This document shows positions 1-10,381 of a DNA stretch of 46,834 bases, piece by piece; within the stretch, counting starts at the first letter, position 1; each line of letters opens with the position of its first letter. Both the position numbers and the translations under genes were made by a program. A model generated the notes under the pieces. That model had not been told where the DNA came from. It ran no database searches and saw nothing but the letters and a program-made list of their open reading frames with translations. The DNA is from a virus (taxonomy: Duplodnaviria; Caudoviricetes): positions 1 through 46,834 of the IMG/VR virus record IMGVR_UViG_3300044296_000119, one strand, 5' to 3'.

Positions 1-127
1 TTCATCAACTACGAAGAAGCGCGACAAGCTTTGCGTAAATACATTCGTCAGATGGTGAAGAAAGGCAAGGCCAACACTGACCAGTTCGGCTACTGGGACA
101 GCATCAGCCGCAATCCGGCGCGGTTCA
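1..127. repeat. Terminal duplication identical to 46708-46834 (circular-assembly overlap)
   Basis: Exact 127-bp match between both ends; an ORF reads through the junction. Confidence 0.9.
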
Positions 128-176
128 CCCACATGGGCTTCACTATTCGTGGAGTCTAAACGTTCTTAGGAACAAC

Positions 177-251
177 TCCGAAGTAGCTCAGCGGTAGAGC
201 AAGCGACTGTTAATCGCTAGGTCGGTGGTTCGATCCCACCCTTCGGAGCCA
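177..251 (+). tRNA. tRNA-Asn(GTT)
   Basis: Canonical cloverleaf, anticodon loop CTGTTAA, GGTTCGATCC T-arm, encoded CCA. Confidence 0.93.
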
Positions 252-252
252 T

Positions 253-328
253 GCTGCGTTAGCTCAGTTGGTAGAGCAGCTCCCTTGTAAGGAGAAGGTC
301 GAGGGTTCGATTCCTTCACGCAGCACCA
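253..328 (+). tRNA. tRNA-Thr(TGT)
   Basis: Cloverleaf, anticodon loop CTTGTAA, GGTTCGATTCC T-arm, encoded CCA. Confidence 0.9.
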
Positions 329-360
329 CTGAAATACATTCCCAAGCAGCAGGAGAATGT

Positions 361-522
361 ATGAGCATTATCGAAATTGAAGAGTGCACTGATGGTTCTT
401 TCTTTATCCAGCAGCATATGAAAGACCCCATCACTGGTGAATACGAAACGGTATACACTGGCACTGAGGGCAGCTACATTGCTGCCGCAGCTATGGTGCA
501 GAAGTTGTTAAAACCAGATTAA
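361..522 (+). CDS. Hypothetical protein (53 aa)
   Basis: AGGAG RBS before ATG 361; the longer ORF call from 268 overlaps the tRNA. Confidence 0.65.
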   Translation: MSIIEIEECTDGSFFIQQHMKDPITGEYETVYTGTEGSYIAAAAMVQKLLKPD

Positions 523-553
523 AATAAAAAAGCCAGCATCACTGCTGGCTTTT
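523..553. terminator. Bidirectional intrinsic terminator near the point where the two arms converge
   Basis: AAAAAA-GCCAGCA-tcac-TGCTGGC-TTTT. Confidence 0.8.
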
Positions 554-567
554 ATAAGGAGAATTAA

Positions 568-867
568 ATGAGGTATATCTATGTCGGTGTTCTGCTACTT
601 GCTGGCTGTGTCACCATGTCTCCTGAAGCTAAGATGGTTCGCACCATCACCCCCGGTGTAGCCGTTGCTCAAAACTGTAAGCATCTAGGTGCAGCATCAG
701 TGTTTGCTCCTGCCCTTGAGGGCGGGATGAACGGCGCTCAGGTTAAGATTAGGAACAAGGTAGCTGCTGCCGGTGGTAATGCGATGGTTGTCACCAACCA
801 ACAATCGGACTACAACGGCGGAGCTGACATACAGGCGGATGCCTACCGCTGTCCCACTCAGGGATAG
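568..867 (+). CDS. Small outer-membrane lipoprotein, DUF4156/RcsF-like
   Basis: Lipobox LLLAGC; C..LG, RN..A..GGN and C-terminal AYRC pattern; AAGGAG RBS. Confidence 0.7.
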   Translation: MRYIYVGVLLLAGCVTMSPEAKMVRTITPGVAVAQNCKHLGAASVFAPALEGGMNGAQVKIRNKVAAAGGNAMVVTNQQSDYNGGADIQADAYRCPTQG

Positions 868-1244
868 AACACCCGCTTCCCACTTAGCGGGGGAACAATT
901 TGGACGTGGCACCACCCCTTCGTTGATGCGGGGTGTTCTTGCCACAGTCCAATCTTCTCAAGAATCTCTGGATGGGCTAGACACCACTCATCCAAATCCC
1001 CTTCAGGATCGTCCAGATCGACGGCCTGTCCCTTCATATGCTTGCTCTTAGGGGCAGCGTTAGGGGTGGCGGCATTTACTGCTGCTGGCCTCCACCCACT
1101 ATGCACCGCCCTGCTCCTGCCAAACTGAAGCAGGAGAGCATTAGCCCGTTGGACTGTAGTCAGGGCATTGCCCTCAATCTCTGCTGTCAGTTCACTGGCA
1201 TATTGTTTATCTCGGCCTTTATAGAAGTCTTGTAGAGTAATCAT
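858..1244 (-). CDS. Endolysin, peptidase M15 family
   Basis: SGWR...N, SKHMKGQAVD and WCHV zinc-peptidase motifs. Confidence 0.8.
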   Translation of the reverse strand: MITLQDFYKGRDKQYASELTAEIEGNALTTVQRANALLLQFGRSRAVHSGWRPAAVNAATPNAAPKSKHMKGQAVDLDDPEGDLDEWCLAHPEILEKIGLWQEHPASTKGWCHVQIVPPLSGKRVFYP

Positions 1245-3763
1245 TAGCCCTGATACTTACTCAAGAATCGCTGGATGTAAGGCAGTGTCTCTTCAGGCTT
1301 AGGCATGAACGCTACCCACTGGTCAGGGATTCCTAGCTTCGTGGCCTTGGCTATGGCCTTCTGCACGTTCCCCATCCCTGCATTGTATCCCGCTGCCACC
1401 TTGTTCATGTCCCCTTTGAACACGTCGTAAAGGCGTGACAGTTCTTTCCCTGCTGCAACCTCAGCTTTCTTGGTGTCACTACGCTCGTCTACCCCTGCTT
1501 TGGGATCAACAACCAAGCCGTGCTCTTTAGCTGTCGCTTCCATGAGTTGGTATTCACCACGCGCTCCTTTAGCTGAGACAGCTAATGGGCCGCTTTTCTC
1601 AGAAAACTTAACTGCTTCCAGAGCTTTAGGCAGGTTGATGGAGGTCTTCTCCGTGTTCTTAGGAACATTGCCACCGTTCGGTGTAGGCAGTGTCTCCCCT
1701 GTCAGCAACGACTGAGGATGCTCAGCCGACAGGTTCAACCCCACCCGTGTCCTTACCTCATCCACATTGAGCTTGTTGTCCAACAGGCGAGCACCCATTG
1801 TGAACACTTCAACCGACTGGTTGATGCGGGTAGCCAGAGCCTGTGCTTGCTTGATTGCATCCCGTCCATCTACGCCTTGGCTGTTCGGGCCACGGCCACC
1901 CATCCCACGAACACCACCCAAGAACGCACCACCACCTGTTTCAGCCGTAGCTGTAGCGGGTTGCTTTTGCGTAGCATCCACTTCAAACAAACCCGTCACC
2001 GGATTCTGCTTGAGCGTCATAGTCCAGCCTGAACGCTTCGTGATGGAGTCGCTGTTAAACGCCTCGATCTGGGCTTTGAGGCTGTCACTCAAACCACGGA
2101 CAGTGGACTCAGCTTGCATAACCAGCGGTGTCAACGCCTGTGCTTTCTCCTGCGGGGAGAGCTTGGCAACAAACGCTTGGAACGTGTCGCTTCCAACCAA
2201 CTCAGACGCCACCTTCAGGTCTTGACTGGTAGGATTGGACAGGTTGAGTGTGCTCCCAAGCTTGGCCATGTTATTCACCCACACAGTCTTACGCTCCTGC
2301 GTAGGCGCACCGTCCTTAGCCCACTCCTTAACGTTCTGAATCATGTCAACGGTGGCAATGGTGGCAAGGTTGCGATCTACCTGTGCCACTGCATTGATGT
2401 CGATGGGTTTACCTAGAGCAATCTGCGCCATGATGCCCGCATGTTGTGCGGGATTCTGTAACACTTGAGCCATTGCATCTGCCAATTGTGCACCTCCACC
2501 TCCGGGGATACGCTTTATGAACTCGTCCCTAGGCACTGTCATATACAACTCAAACAGCTTTGACGGCTGCATACCCAGAATGTTCATTGATTCGATGTAA
2601 GGATTGGCCAGTCGAATGGAGTTATCGAACAACTGAAGGTTGTTCTTGCTGTTCTCTGCCATCTTGAGAAGCATGTTCCGCCCTTCAATGGTTTTGACGC
2701 CTTCCTGCCACGTCTTCACCGTCGCGCGGATTTCACCAACACGCTTGGCAGCAGTGTCAGAACTGAGCGGATTGGTGGGAGATGCACGCATCTGACCAAT
2801 CTCAGCTTCCAGTTGCAAACCAATACTCTCAATCTTGCTGCTGAGTTGCAGTCCAAACTGTGCCGCATCGGCTGCTTTAGCAGGATCGGCATTGAGTGCA
2901 GTGAGTTTGTTCAGGTCTTGGTAGATACCGGCAAGGTGTTTGCCTTGACTGGTAGCAATTGCCTGACTCCACAGTTCGTCCGATTGTTCACGGCCAAGCC
3001 CATCCACCTTCAATTTGTTCTCGATGTTCTTGCGGGCAAACTCAAGCTGCTTAGCTTGGTAGTGCACCTGAAGCATCTGCGGTGTCACTTGATTGGGTAG
3101 CACACCCTGTTCAGCAGCAATCTGCTTGATGGCTTCCAACTGTGCAGCTTGCATCTGCTCAGCTTGCTTCTCTTGTGCACTCTTGGTGGTCAGGGCTTGA
3201 TGCACACCATACACATCCAGTCGATCAATGCCAGTCATATCCGCACCCAACTTGCGGAAATCAGACGCCCATCCCGGCATCATTGCCGAATACTTTTTGA
3301 CCGCTGCACTGACCCTCGTAAGAACTTCGTCACGAGTCATGATGCCTTGACGTTGCGCGTCAGCGTAACGCTTCACATCCTTCATGAAGTCTGCGCTGAT
3401 GGCACCATCATCAAGACCACCACTCTGCTCCTTAAGCATGGCCAACTGTTCAGCAGAGTTGGCAGCAAACTGATCGGAGCCGAGGTAGTCGAGGTTCTTC
3501 TGTGCTTGTGTAGCCTCAGTGCCTGAGCCTTGAAGCTTATCCAAACTCGAATTGATTTCCTTAGCTGCATCAGCTTCGAGCTTTCCCTTGCCAGCAGCAA
3601 TGAGTGATGTTCCTAGGAACGTTGTCATGTCAGCTTTCGCTTGACCTGCAATCTTGATCCCTCGTGCTTGGCTTTCACTGGCAGCAATCAGCGATTCACC
3701 TGCCCCACCTTTAACCGGAGCTTGGATGTCGGGGATTACTTTCGCGTAGTCTGGGCCTGCCAT
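1244..3763 (-). CDS. Internal virion protein with C-terminal lytic transglycosylase domain
   Basis: SAKGARGEYQLM, AGYNAG and ETLPY SLT motifs; position at the end of the virion operon. Confidence 0.8.
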   Translation of the reverse strand: MAGPDYAKVIPDIQAPVKGGAGESLIAASESQARGIKIAGQAKADMTTFLGTSLIAAGKGKLEADAAKEINSSLDKLQGSGTEATQAQKNLDYLGSDQFAANSAEQLAMLKEQSGGLDDGAISADFMKDVKRYADAQRQGIMTRDEVLTRVSAAVKKYSAMMPGWASDFRKLGADMTGIDRLDVYGVHQALTTKSAQEKQAEQMQAAQLEAIKQIAAEQGVLPNQVTPQMLQVHYQAKQLEFARKNIENKLKVDGLGREQSDELWSQAIATSQGKHLAGIYQDLNKLTALNADPAKAADAAQFGLQLSSKIESIGLQLEAEIGQMRASPTNPLSSDTAAKRVGEIRATVKTWQEGVKTIEGRNMLLKMAENSKNNLQLFDNSIRLANPYIESMNILGMQPSKLFELYMTVPRDEFIKRIPGGGGAQLADAMAQVLQNPAQHAGIMAQIALGKPIDINAVAQVDRNLATIATVDMIQNVKEWAKDGAPTQERKTVWVNNMAKLGSTLNLSNPTSQDLKVASELVGSDTFQAFVAKLSPQEKAQALTPLVMQAESTVRGLSDSLKAQIEAFNSDSITKRSGWTMTLKQNPVTGLFEVDATQKQPATATAETGGGAFLGGVRGMGGRGPNSQGVDGRDAIKQAQALATRINQSVEVFTMGARLLDNKLNVDEVRTRVGLNLSAEHPQSLLTGETLPTPNGGNVPKNTEKTSINLPKALEAVKFSEKSGPLAVSAKGARGEYQLMEATAKEHGLVVDPKAGVDERSDTKKAEVAAGKELSRLYDVFKGDMNKVAAGYNAGMGNVQKAIAKATKLGIPDQWVAFMPKPEETLPYIQRFLSKYQG

Positions 3764-6700
3764 TAGTCTTCCTTCTTAGGTTGCGTTACAACGAGGGGCT
3801 GTTTATATGTCTGACCTTTCCAGATATATTCGCCCAACAGCTTTTGCATTTGATTGTCGTAGGGATAGAGTTTCTCCCTGATACGACGCTTAACATCCAT
3901 CAAGTCACCTGTGTTCTCAGGCCACAACACATCGAGCAGCTTGTGTTGTTCATCAGCATATGCGTTGTCACCACGCATACGCGCTGTGATGATGTCCTTT
4001 TGAACTTTGACAATTGTTGATGCAATGTCATCCAAAGCTTCGTTGTGTTCTTTCTTACCTTTAATTAGGTTGGACACATCAATAGCAGCAGTAGGTTGAA
4101 AGCCAAGAGCTTGTCCCAATACTTCCATTGGTGTGAGTTGAGCAACAGCCAACCCTTTACCATCAATCATTTTGTTTTGATATTGCATATACAGATAAGC
4201 TTTAGTTACATTACGTAACGTTGTTACCTGTTCAGTTGTCATACGCGACAACCCTTCCATTACATCTTTGGCTGTCTTGTCAGGGTCACGGTAGAAGAGC
4301 GAAGCCACATCCCCAATGACACCAAGGCGTTTAGCTGTTGCAACACTAGGGCCACCGAGTGCCTCGAACACGTTCTTAGGATCGGTGAAGATTGCATCTG
4401 CTACTTGTTGGTAGTAGTTGAATGAACCCAGTCGAGAGCCTAGTGCGAGGTTGAGGGGCTTGCCCGTCATCCACTCACCAAACTGATTGAGCAATCCAGC
4501 AAGCAACCCTTGACCAAGGTATGCCTTCTGATCGACAGTCATCTTCGACTTCGCATCATCTGAGATCATCTCATCAACCAACCACGCCAAACCATTACCG
4601 GCTGCGCCATAGAGAATGACGTGACCCACCAGAAGCTGCAACGCTTCAACACGGGAGAACGAACGGCCACCGTGGCCAAGCAATGACGCCATGATGTTGG
4701 CACCGAGCTTGATGTTGTATTGTGCAAACTGAAGCGGGATGGATGCCGCACCTTCTTGGAATCGAGCGAGGTTGGCACGAGTCATGTTCTGTGTCAGATC
4801 ATCCATACGCACAACAATCTGGGCCAGTGCTTCTTTAGTGCTCCACTCTGCTCCCTTGTTAGCAGCCATCCATTCCCGGCGAGCTACGTCAAAAGAGACA
4901 AGCCGGGAGAATTCTTCACCACGATTGAAGAAGAATGTGTTCTGTCCAAGCACACGCGCGGGATAACCACCGAAGATGTTAAGCTTCCCATCCTCCAAGT
5001 TGTAGAGCGCAGTTGATTTGAGATTGTCAACAATACCTGTTTGACGAACCGCTTTGACCAGCTTCACAAACTCTTCCTTGCTACCGAAGAGTCCCTTCTC
5101 AACATTACCAAAGAAGTTCCACACTGACGGATTGTCCGACATCAACGCCATACGCAACAGCGGGAATGTCTTAGCCGCAGCCAGCCCATGCAACGGAGAC
5201 AAAATCATGGCAGTAGCTGCACCGTTCGCTTGAACAATGAGCTGCGCCGGATTGAACATACCCAGTGTCAGGTTGAAGTTGATGTTACGAATGAAGCCAA
5301 GCAGCCCCATCTTACGAACGGCAGCACCTGCTGTCTCAACAGTCTCATTACCTGTAAACCACTTCTCCGTCATACGACGTGTCATGGTTTGGTAGTAGCG
5401 TTCCTCTCCTGTCTTCAGTCCGATCTGGCGCATGATGTATTTGTGTGTGCGCTCAGCGAACATTGCCTCCGGTGTCGCCTTAGTAAACGATGCACCAGTT
5501 GCAGAGTAGAAGTCGTTGATGTCATTGCCTGTCCGATTGGGGATCATGTCACCGAACGTATTCATCCAACGGCGCACCATCTGTTCACGCCACTGGTTGA
5601 TGTTGCTTACTCGGCTGACATTTGTAACTTCAGCTTCAATTGATTCAAACACTCCAAGTGTATTAGGCCGAGAAGCATCGACGCTAAAGAGGCGCTCACT
5701 ACGTTTGGATGTGAATAGCCGCCCGTTAGCAAGGGCTTCTCCAACTGAACCATTAAGATATTCTTCTTTGTTTCTTGTGAAGTGGTAGTCGAGCTTTGAC
5801 AATCCATCAAAGTCACCTTTATCAAATGCAGCTTTGAAATCGTCAATGCTGAAGTAGCGACCAACCAGCTTCTCCAGTTCCCGATCACGAGCACCAGCAG
5901 CGCCGATGTTCTTAAGAACACCAACGGCACGAGTGACGTTATCTACAAACTCCTGTGCTTCTCTCACCGACTTGGCAGTGCGGATCGTGGATGTTATTTC
6001 CTCATTGATCCCATCAACCTTGCCTACACGCTTCATGGTGATGAAGTATTCATCTGTGTAGATGCGGCTGTATTCGCCCGGACGGTAGGACAAAGCTGTA
6101 ACAATGTCGCGTGTCTTGGCAGATTCATCTACCAACATGACACGACGCAGCTCCCCATCAATTTCGGTGGGGTGTGCGAGCTGCACAACACGCTTGCCTT
6201 CACCGTAGGCTTTCATGGCAGCCGGACTGTCCCAGTCCACCATTGTTTTAGTGGCTACGTCATAAAGCTGTTTGTTCTTAAGAACACTGGCTTCAACCAT
6301 AGACAGGTCTTTGCCAGCAGCTTTGATGCCATTCACTTCCACTTCCTTTAGCCCCATCGAACGCAGATGTTTAACCATCTCACCGTTACGGATGTGATAC
6401 ATCATCATGCGAAGCTGACGTGTAGCGAGATAAGCTTGCGCTTCGCGCTCGTTCAATCCCTTAGCCATTGCTTCGGAGAAGTTGAACTCCTTACCCAGAC
6501 CACCAGCATTGCTCATGGCATCGCCCTCTTCGAGCAACGCCTGCACTTTACGTGTGCCTTCCTTACCAAGCCCTTTGAAGTAGGGATCAATAAAGGATTG
6601 GAGAGCGTGACGTGTCTTGGCTTCAGCGTGCACACCAACCACACGAGCTTCCACTGCCTGTTCAGACGCAGCGTGCTTAGGGTCGATAGCAACTGTAGCC

Positions 6701-9700
6701 ATGCTGTCAATGTCTTGCTGACTAAACTTACCGATGGAGTCGTAGCTCAACGGATCGTTACGCACCTGCTTAACCAGCCATTCACCCGTAGGGCCGGGGG
6801 CTGTTGGAGTCGGGGGTGCGAGTGATGATCGCAGCAGTTCGATGCGCTTAAGCAAAGCTTCACGCTCAGCATCAGACAAGCCGTCTTTCAACAACTGTCC
6901 TTGAACCTTGCGAATCTCTTTCTCGATAGCTTGTGACATCGGAATGGAGTCCTTCTTCTTGAAGGCCACCTCACTACCGATAGTGTCCGATTGCTTAGCA
7001 GCAACCAACGCATCCCACTCACGCGGGTTGTCCAGATAACTCTTCATCAAATCGCGCACGTAGTCATTCGGCTTGGACACATCCACACCGAGTGCACGGG
7101 CTACTTGAACAAAGAACTCCTTAAGTTTCTGTGCGTGCTGAGCAAACCATTTCTCCAGAGCAGAGACAGGACGTGCATCTGTCAGCATGAACTTGGCAAA
7201 GTTTTCTGCCCAAAACTCACCGGCCGATCTATACCAAGATGTGTCCAAACCAAGCGACGTGGCTTCACGCGCCGGGAAATCGAACGCCGGTGCCGGGAAT
7301 CCTTTACGCAACTCATCATCGACAGGAACACGGAACAGTGTTTTAAACTGATCCCATGTAATGTCGCTGTTCATTCGCGCCTTATACCAATTCTTAAATT
7401 CATTGAAGAGGTCTTGTCGGATTTGCTGAGGTGCAGCAAGCAGCACTTCTTTCTCGAACGCATGACCAATCTCATGTGCCAGAGTGCTGACTTGTTTGCG
7501 AAAGCTACCGCTCAGTGAAGCGTCCCATACAATGAGATGGAACTTACCGACAGTGCTATTGACGCGCGTATAAAACCCATTGTTACTACCCGAACGGACG
7601 TAGCTCATCATTCGGTTGTAGTCGTCAATGTTGGCATTCAATCGCTTGAGCATATAAGGCAGCTCGTTCGATGACACGATGGCCATGCGTTGCTTACCGA
7701 AACGCAGGAGGTTGAGCCAATCACCAACCAAGCCTCTGATCTTGGGGTGAAGCTGATCGCCCATCTCCAAGTTGCGGCCAATGAACATAGGCTCGCCACG
7801 CGAGAACGGCGTTTGGGCTGTCGATTGATTGCGAACCTGATTGTCAATGAGCTTGCGCTCAATGGGTGTAGCTGCACTCTCAGCACCGTCTAGCTTGTTA
7901 AAGAACACCTCACCATCAATCTCGACGGGAGCTTCTTCAACAACTGTGCCTGCTTTGTTCTCTACAGCACGAGCGCCTTTGAACTTGGCATCCTTACCAC
8001 TGAACAGCATGTGCTCAGGGCCAGTGCCGTGCGGCCCACTGTGGCTGGCGTAGTTGCCGACAACCCCTTCCTTACGGAGAGCAGCAGCAGCTTTCTCTTC
8101 ACTGCCAAGCTTCTTAACCGCAGCACGATAGATGTCCTCGCCAGTCATACCAGCGACGTCTTTACCCAACACCTTGGATGCAGCCTTGGCTACTTCAGCA
8201 GGCTGGCTAGTCTCATACCAGTGGAGGAACTTGTTGTCTTCGGGGATCGACCACTTGCTAACCGTGTGGCCATACTTCTGAGCAAACGTATCAGCCAGTC
8301 CCTCAGCCTTGGACATGTAAAACCCTTTGCCCAATGCCGAACCACCTTGACCCGAACCGATGAACGAATCATCCAGTTTGCCGGTAGTTGTCCCACCGTG
8401 GTATGCAACCTGCGGTTGAACATCATCAATGATGTTCTTAGGAACAATCTCGAAGTTGGTTAGACCTTGCTCTTTGGCCCACTGCTCTGCCGCTTCACGC
8501 GACATGAAGGCACGGCCTTGCTTGCTCTGCCAGAACACAGTCATCTGCTGACCATCAGCAGACGCTTCACCGAAGATGACGTCGGCTACGTGTGGGTTGT
8601 TGGACGGAGCGTAGCTCTGTCTGATCTTGGCAGCCGCATCCTTAATTTCTTCCGGGGTCATACCCGATGAAGACAGACGCTCACGGAAGTTGTCGAGCAT
8701 CTTGTTCCAGCCGTCTACCAGTTCCTTCTGAGCAGCAGCATTCATGCCACGCAGGGCAGCAGGATCGGCGGTGAACGGATTGCCACCACTGGCGATGACA
8801 CGGCTAACCAGCTCAGCGTCGTTCAGACCTGAAAGCTTGGTTTGGTTGATGAGATCGGCAGCAGCAACCTTGCCTGCCTCTGTCTCACCAACTACATCCT
8901 TAACCGCTTTAAGCGGAACGCCCTTACGAGCCAGCGAGCCAAGCCCTTTGACAAGTGCGTAGACATCTGTGGCTTGCATTGCATCGAGAGCAAAGTCGAG
9001 GTTGGCATCCGACTTACTCAGCTCAAGCACTTGGCGAAGAACGTCGGCTTTGACTGCCGGATTGTCTGCAAGGTCTTTGACCAGATCACCCATCACGCGC
9101 TGACGCTCAGATGGATGCATACCCGACAGCATGTAACGCAGATCGGTTACGGCTGCGTATTTGTCGAGGTAGCGATTGGTGCCTGTTTGTTTGGAGATCG
9201 CATTGGTGATGGAGAGGGTGTCCCAATATGGAATCAGACTACGACCAAACTGAGAGATGTAGTCCCAGAGGTGGGCCTTGTCAGACTCCTCACCCGCTGC
9301 CTGAGCAATCATGTTACGGGTGGCAATGGCACCAGCCGCTTTGTCGAGGATGCCAGTAAAGGCAATCGTGTCTCGATAGAGTTTGGTTGTGTCTGTATTG
9401 GCCGACACACCTTCGAGTGCACGCTGAGCCAGCGCATCCTGCGCTTCAACCGGGTTGTCTACCGGGTTCTTCAGCGTCTTGTCAGCCTCGTTAGTGGCCA
9501 GCACTTGAGCTGCAAACCCAGTCCGTTCTGTTTCCCCTGCCGCAGCAAAGGCTTCAGCTTGTGCACGCGCAGCACGCACGTTGTCCTCGAAGTGCTGTGA
9601 CAGCACCTGCGATAGCAACGGAGTTGTTCCGTTGGCTTTGATGGCTGTGACGTTTTGAGCCAGCTTGTCCTTGAATGGACGAGTGTCTTCAATTGCCAGA

Positions 9701-9834
9701 GCTACTTGAGCCGCAACTTCTTCAACGTTCCTAGGAACACGCGCAGCCGGAACATCATCCGGCTGCGGGAGAAACGTTTGAACTTCAGGAGGAGTTTGAA
9801 CTTCAGGCAGTAACGAGGGAGCCTGATCTGTCAT
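3763..9834 (-). CDS. Large internal (ejected) virion protein, 2023 aa, with ART-like and HExxH domains
   Basis: Size and synteny; YHGG...G.GFY.S and LAHEIGH...EFWAE motifs. Confidence 0.75.
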   Translation of the reverse strand: MTDQAPSLLPEVQTPPEVQTFLPQPDDVPAARVPRNVEEVAAQVALAIEDTRPFKDKLAQNVTAIKANGTTPLLSQVLSQHFEDNVRAARAQAEAFAAAGETERTGFAAQVLATNEADKTLKNPVDNPVEAQDALAQRALEGVSANTDTTKLYRDTIAFTGILDKAAGAIATRNMIAQAAGEESDKAHLWDYISQFGRSLIPYWDTLSITNAISKQTGTNRYLDKYAAVTDLRYMLSGMHPSERQRVMGDLVKDLADNPAVKADVLRQVLELSKSDANLDFALDAMQATDVYALVKGLGSLARKGVPLKAVKDVVGETEAGKVAAADLINQTKLSGLNDAELVSRVIASGGNPFTADPAALRGMNAAAQKELVDGWNKMLDNFRERLSSSGMTPEEIKDAAAKIRQSYAPSNNPHVADVIFGEASADGQQMTVFWQSKQGRAFMSREAAEQWAKEQGLTNFEIVPKNIIDDVQPQVAYHGGTTTGKLDDSFIGSGQGGSALGKGFYMSKAEGLADTFAQKYGHTVSKWSIPEDNKFLHWYETSQPAEVAKAASKVLGKDVAGMTGEDIYRAAVKKLGSEEKAAAALRKEGVVGNYASHSGPHGTGPEHMLFSGKDAKFKGARAVENKAGTVVEEAPVEIDGEVFFNKLDGAESAATPIERKLIDNQVRNQSTAQTPFSRGEPMFIGRNLEMGDQLHPKIRGLVGDWLNLLRFGKQRMAIVSSNELPYMLKRLNANIDDYNRMMSYVRSGSNNGFYTRVNSTVGKFHLIVWDASLSGSFRKQVSTLAHEIGHAFEKEVLLAAPQQIRQDLFNEFKNWYKARMNSDITWDQFKTLFRVPVDDELRKGFPAPAFDFPAREATSLGLDTSWYRSAGEFWAENFAKFMLTDARPVSALEKWFAQHAQKLKEFFVQVARALGVDVSKPNDYVRDLMKSYLDNPREWDALVAAKQSDTIGSEVAFKKKDSIPMSQAIEKEIRKVQGQLLKDGLSDAEREALLKRIELLRSSLAPPTPTAPGPTGEWLVKQVRNDPLSYDSIGKFSQQDIDSMATVAIDPKHAASEQAVEARVVGVHAEAKTRHALQSFIDPYFKGLGKEGTRKVQALLEEGDAMSNAGGLGKEFNFSEAMAKGLNEREAQAYLATRQLRMMMYHIRNGEMVKHLRSMGLKEVEVNGIKAAGKDLSMVEASVLKNKQLYDVATKTMVDWDSPAAMKAYGEGKRVVQLAHPTEIDGELRRVMLVDESAKTRDIVTALSYRPGEYSRIYTDEYFITMKRVGKVDGINEEITSTIRTAKSVREAQEFVDNVTRAVGVLKNIGAAGARDRELEKLVGRYFSIDDFKAAFDKGDFDGLSKLDYHFTRNKEEYLNGSVGEALANGRLFTSKRSERLFSVDASRPNTLGVFESIEAEVTNVSRVSNINQWREQMVRRWMNTFGDMIPNRTGNDINDFYSATGASFTKATPEAMFAERTHKYIMRQIGLKTGEERYYQTMTRRMTEKWFTGNETVETAGAAVRKMGLLGFIRNINFNLTLGMFNPAQLIVQANGAATAMILSPLHGLAAAKTFPLLRMALMSDNPSVWNFFGNVEKGLFGSKEEFVKLVKAVRQTGIVDNLKSTALYNLEDGKLNIFGGYPARVLGQNTFFFNRGEEFSRLVSFDVARREWMAANKGAEWSTKEALAQIVVRMDDLTQNMTRANLARFQEGAASIPLQFAQYNIKLGANIMASLLGHGGRSFSRVEALQLLVGHVILYGAAGNGLAWLVDEMISDDAKSKMTVDQKAYLGQGLLAGLLNQFGEWMTGKPLNLALGSRLGSFNYYQQVADAIFTDPKNVFEALGGPSVATAKRLGVIGDVASLFYRDPDKTAKDVMEGLSRMTTEQVTTLRNVTKAYLYMQYQNKMIDGKGLAVAQLTPMEVLGQALGFQPTAAIDVSNLIKGKKEHNEALDDIASTIVKVQKDIITARMRGDNAYADEQHKLLDVLWPENTGDLMDVKRRIREKLYPYDNQMQKLLGEYIWKGQTYKQPLVVTQPKKED

Positions 9835-10379
9835 TAACCTACCATGCTAAAGAGGGTCTTGAATCCACCAGCCGCATCGAAGATGGTGCCGCCAAGTTTG
9901 CCGAGTGCACCAGCTTCAGCACTAGAAGCTTGCGCTTGTGCTGTCTTAACATTCGAGTTGGCTACGTCGATTTGATTTTGTGTGATGCCAGCATTGATGT
10001 CATTGCTCTGGTTGAAGAACGAGATGTTGGTGCGATTTTGACCTTCAACACTCTGAACACCACCCACTACGCCGGAACTAAACTGCGTGCCGAAGTTGGC
10101 ACCAGAGTTGACGATTGAGGCTGAAGCAATACGAGCCTGACGAACAGCAGAACGTAGAGCACGAGCATTAGCAATGTCAGCTTGCTTTTGCTGTAGCTCA
10201 GCTTGCCGTCGTTGTGCAGCAGCAGCTTCTTGTGCCGCTGCCACTTGCTGTTGCGAAGCGTCGTTCTGTTGTTGGGCCGCACCTAACGACGATCCCAAAC
10301 CAAAGCCAAGGGCAGCACCTACGGGGCCACCAACAGCAAAGCCAATTGCGCCACCAACGAAACCACCGAATCCACCCAT
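9834..10379 (-). CDS. Small internal virion (ejection) protein
   Basis: Gly-rich hydrophobic N-terminus, Ala/Gln coiled coil, synteny with podovirus core proteins. Confidence 0.65.
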   Translation of the reverse strand: MGGFGGFVGGAIGFAVGGPVGAALGFGLGSSLGAAQQQNDASQQQVAAAQEAAAAQRRQAELQQKQADIANARALRSAVRQARIASASIVNSGANFGTQFSSGVVGGVQSVEGQNRTNISFFNQSNDINAGITQNQIDVANSNVKTAQAQASSAEAGALGKLGGTIFDAAGGFKTLFSMVG

Positions 10380-10381
10380 TG

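Noticed and set aside
1-127. 127-bp terminal repeat as the biological DTR
   Set aside because: It falls in the middle of an ORF and 127 is a common assembler k-mer; most likely circular overlap
264-464. ORFs overlapping the tRNAs (also 16752-16949 and 28111-28338)
   Set aside because: Translations of tRNA or tRNA-like sequence
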